Shown here: one piece after another, positions 61,461-64,000 of the stretch
How positions within the stretch are numbered: the stretch's first letter is position 1
Layout: every line of letters starts with the position of its first letter
Notes under the pieces: generated by a model
Databases searched by the model: none
Told to the model about the DNA's origin: nothing
What the model saw: only the letters and a program-made list of their open reading frames with translations
From: Vermamoeba vermiformis
Taxonomy: Eukaryota
Length of the DNA: 64,000 bases
Assembly: GCA_045837725.1 (NCBI GenBank)
Contig: JBEWZL010000027.1
Span: 1-64,000, forward strand
Reading direction: 5' to 3'
Translations under genes and position numbers: made by a program

Positions 61461-64000
61461 ATGTCGCTTACTCGAGTGATAGCCGTTCTACTTGCTTTAA
61501 GTGTTTGGCTGCCGCTCCTCGAAACAAAAGGTAAGCGCCCAAACGGCTTTGCTGATTACTATTAATGGCAGATATATCGTCGTTAGGCCGCAAAATTATA
61601 TATAGTGACCCTTTCAATATTTTAACAACGGATAGTTGCTGTTTATAGTGTTGGGAATAACCTCCCAAAAATTCAAAAATAATATCTATCAGGGCAAAGA
61701 GCTGGACCCGAAATGAGTTTCGGGAAAAAACGGCTAGTTGCAAGGAGCGGCACTTTTATCGTCACTCGATAAAAGATAGCTCCTCAGCACGTCTACACAT
61801 CTCAATTACATATTAAATATCAATATTGAATATATTTTATCTTGCCCTGTGCTCTGTTTTGTTGCGAAGAGTGAGCAAACGGAGAACGAAGCAGGAGAAG
61901 TTGGGCATGGATTCGCATCCGTACCAACAATCAACCCTACTATCTCTCCTCAAATAACAATCATATATTACTATTATCCTCAAATAATTATTAATCACGT
62001 TATCGGACGATAAATCAAAAAATTCGGGTCATAAATTCAAAATGTTCGGGAAAAATCGCCCAAAATGTATGGCGAGCCCAAATGACGATATATCCAGTCC
62101 GACGATATACCTGTCAATGACAGTATTATGAATTACGAACCGAATTTATTCATTTTAATCGTGCCTTGGTATTAAGCTGTGAAGCGCCAATCCGCTCAGC
62201 ATTCTTAAGCTTTTTCGCTAAAATTTAAAGCCAGATCCAAGTTTGATTTATTTTGTTAATTTGTGACAGTTTTTTGATTTAAATTAATTGCTTGATCTAG
62301 CATATTCATGCAAAAACTAACTATTTTTTTGGCAGGCAGCGTAATTGAATTTGTCACGACCACTAAAATTATAGATGCATCCGTGGCACACAATTTCAGT
62401 GAATTAGAAACGCGAGTATATAAGAATCCTAGCGCGGCAAACAATACTTATATCATATGCAACTTGATGTTATCTACGTCTGGCGAAGTGATATTCGCTG
62501 AACGCAGTTTTCTTTCGGGAAGTGGATTGAGCGGAGACACGATCCAAAACTTCCCTAATGACACCTATATCGACATCGACGTTGTAGATGGTATAGATGC
62601 GTGTCGTTATGTTGCACTAACCAATTCAGTAAGTTAAATTAATAACAATAAGCAAGATCTAATTGTTTAGGTATATTGGATCATGCCGGATCAGCAGTCC
62701 GTCCCTGCAACAAATTTTTCAATTATAGAAGCTACTACTTCTGGAAATAATGACACCATCGCTATCATGTGCAAGCCGGTGAGTACTGCAATATTCGAGA
62801 ATTACTACGTTAATTAACGTTACGTAAACATAGGACACCACGATTGTCTTCCCTTCACCGCCGTTTAACTGGCCCGCGTTATATAACTGCAAGACATTAG
62901 ACGCCGTATATAACCGTAAGTAAAAATGAAACGTATCTTGAAATCGAGATTTCCTTTTATGGCATTGTGAGTTTTCGGATCCGAATTATGTTAACGACTT
63001 CGTTTACAGCGTTTGATGACGTAGTTTATACCGCCCGTCACGACGGATTGATGGACGCACCAGATCCGGTGATAGTTGGGCTATCCAATGGCACGGCTTT
63101 TATCGCCATGCAAGGACTCGTGGGTGCTTTTTCTGGAGGTGGTGCGAACCCTAGCTTCGCTATATGGCCAAACGGAAACTACATGTTATGTGGAGAAGGC
63201 AAAGGTCTAACAGTAAGCTTGACACGTGTCATCAGATCTGCTTTCTAACAATGGATCCATCATTTAGATTATTTGTAGCAATCAACATTCATACGCTGAA
63301 GTGCTTTGGCTTAATAGCACTGCTGAATATTACTACTCAAGGCCAGTCATTTCAGCGCTTGACGATTCACTGTTCGCTTTGAGTGCGCTCAAGACGTACT
63401 ACAATGGCACCGCAGGCGAATACACCGTGCTCGTAATGAATCAACTATTCGGAGTGATTAACACATACACGAAGCAAAATGTTACTATTGTGACACAACG
63501 AGCAATGGACGGCTACATTTTTGTCACCTACTTCACAAACGAAGCGCTCTCAATAGACGTACTTCAATATAAAACGGTAAGTGTTTCGTGCTGAAGTTGA
63601 CACGTGTCAATCTAATTGCACTCTCAGACTGCACCTGCCGCACCTGTTACAGCACCAGTGGCAGCTTCACCAGTTGTTCAGGCCCCCTCAGTAACGCCGA
63701 GCGAACTGCCAACCCCGTCGTTAAACTCACCACAATCGTCTGTAGTTGCTCCTGAAGGCTTATCTCAAGACGCTACGATCGCTGTAGCAGTCGTAGTGTC
63801 GGTCGTTGGAGCAGGCTTGGTGGCATTTTTCATCGTGTTTTTCGTGAAGAGAAACAACAAAGAAAAGAACAAGAAAGAGCAAATTGAAGACGAAGACAAG
63901 ACCAAGTACGAGCCAATTCAACTCAACAATCCCGTGGCACTCACCAATACCACGAGCTCGTCTTCTGGAACGTTTGACGCGGAGTCCATTGACAAGCGCT
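61461..64000 (+). CDS. Single-pass type I membrane protein (receptor-like), running off the end of the window
   Basis: Signal-peptide exon MSLTRVIAVLLALSVWLPLLETK, several extracellular exons, a Pro/Ala/Ser stalk, then TM IAVAVVVSVVGAGLVAFFIVFFV followed by KRNNK. Confidence 0.7.
61559..62123. mobile_element. Possible degenerate MITE in intron 1 of the last gene (imperfect TIRs, TA flanks)
   Basis: Left end TA|CTATTAATGGCAGATATATCGTCG versus the reverse complement of the right end TA|CTGTCATTGACAGGTATATCGTCG (20/26 match). It accounts for an unusually long intron of about 800 bp. Confidence 0.45.

Overview
Gene-dense, AT-rich eukaryotic nuclear DNA with short GT-AG introns and CTAAC/CTAAT branch points. 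The countin homologue and the TKL receptor kinases point to an amoebozoan-type protist, which is an inference. I read about 29 protein-coding loci by splicing exons by hand; several are fragmented in or missing from the ORF track. Core genes include a Ras GTPase, a head-to-head PEX14/PEX5 pair, ARPC3, an atypical MAPK, ZIP and amino-acid transporters, glucose-6-phosphate 1-epimerase, a Kazal inhibitor and F-box/LRR/ankyrin genes. Several genes look prokaryote-derived: an SDR, a GH-A glycosidase, an SH3b secreted protein, a SIR2-fragment/PLD-like protein, a YgiC-like ligase and a Tse2-like ADP-ribosyltransferase. The top candidate for an undescribed system is a spliced gene at 57262-60918 (-) that fuses a eukaryotic BAH chromatin-reader domain to a phage/bacterial-type DNA amino-methyltransferase, a possible chromatin-guided 4mC/6mA writer. 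Other highlights: PEX5 has Lys where the conserved N-terminal Cys should be; a Merlin-like non-autonomous element has 68-bp TIRs and an 8-bp TSD; the palindrome TGACACGTGTCA recurs mostly in introns; and Ras has a 5-nt micro-exon. All family assignments come from motif recognition, not database searches.
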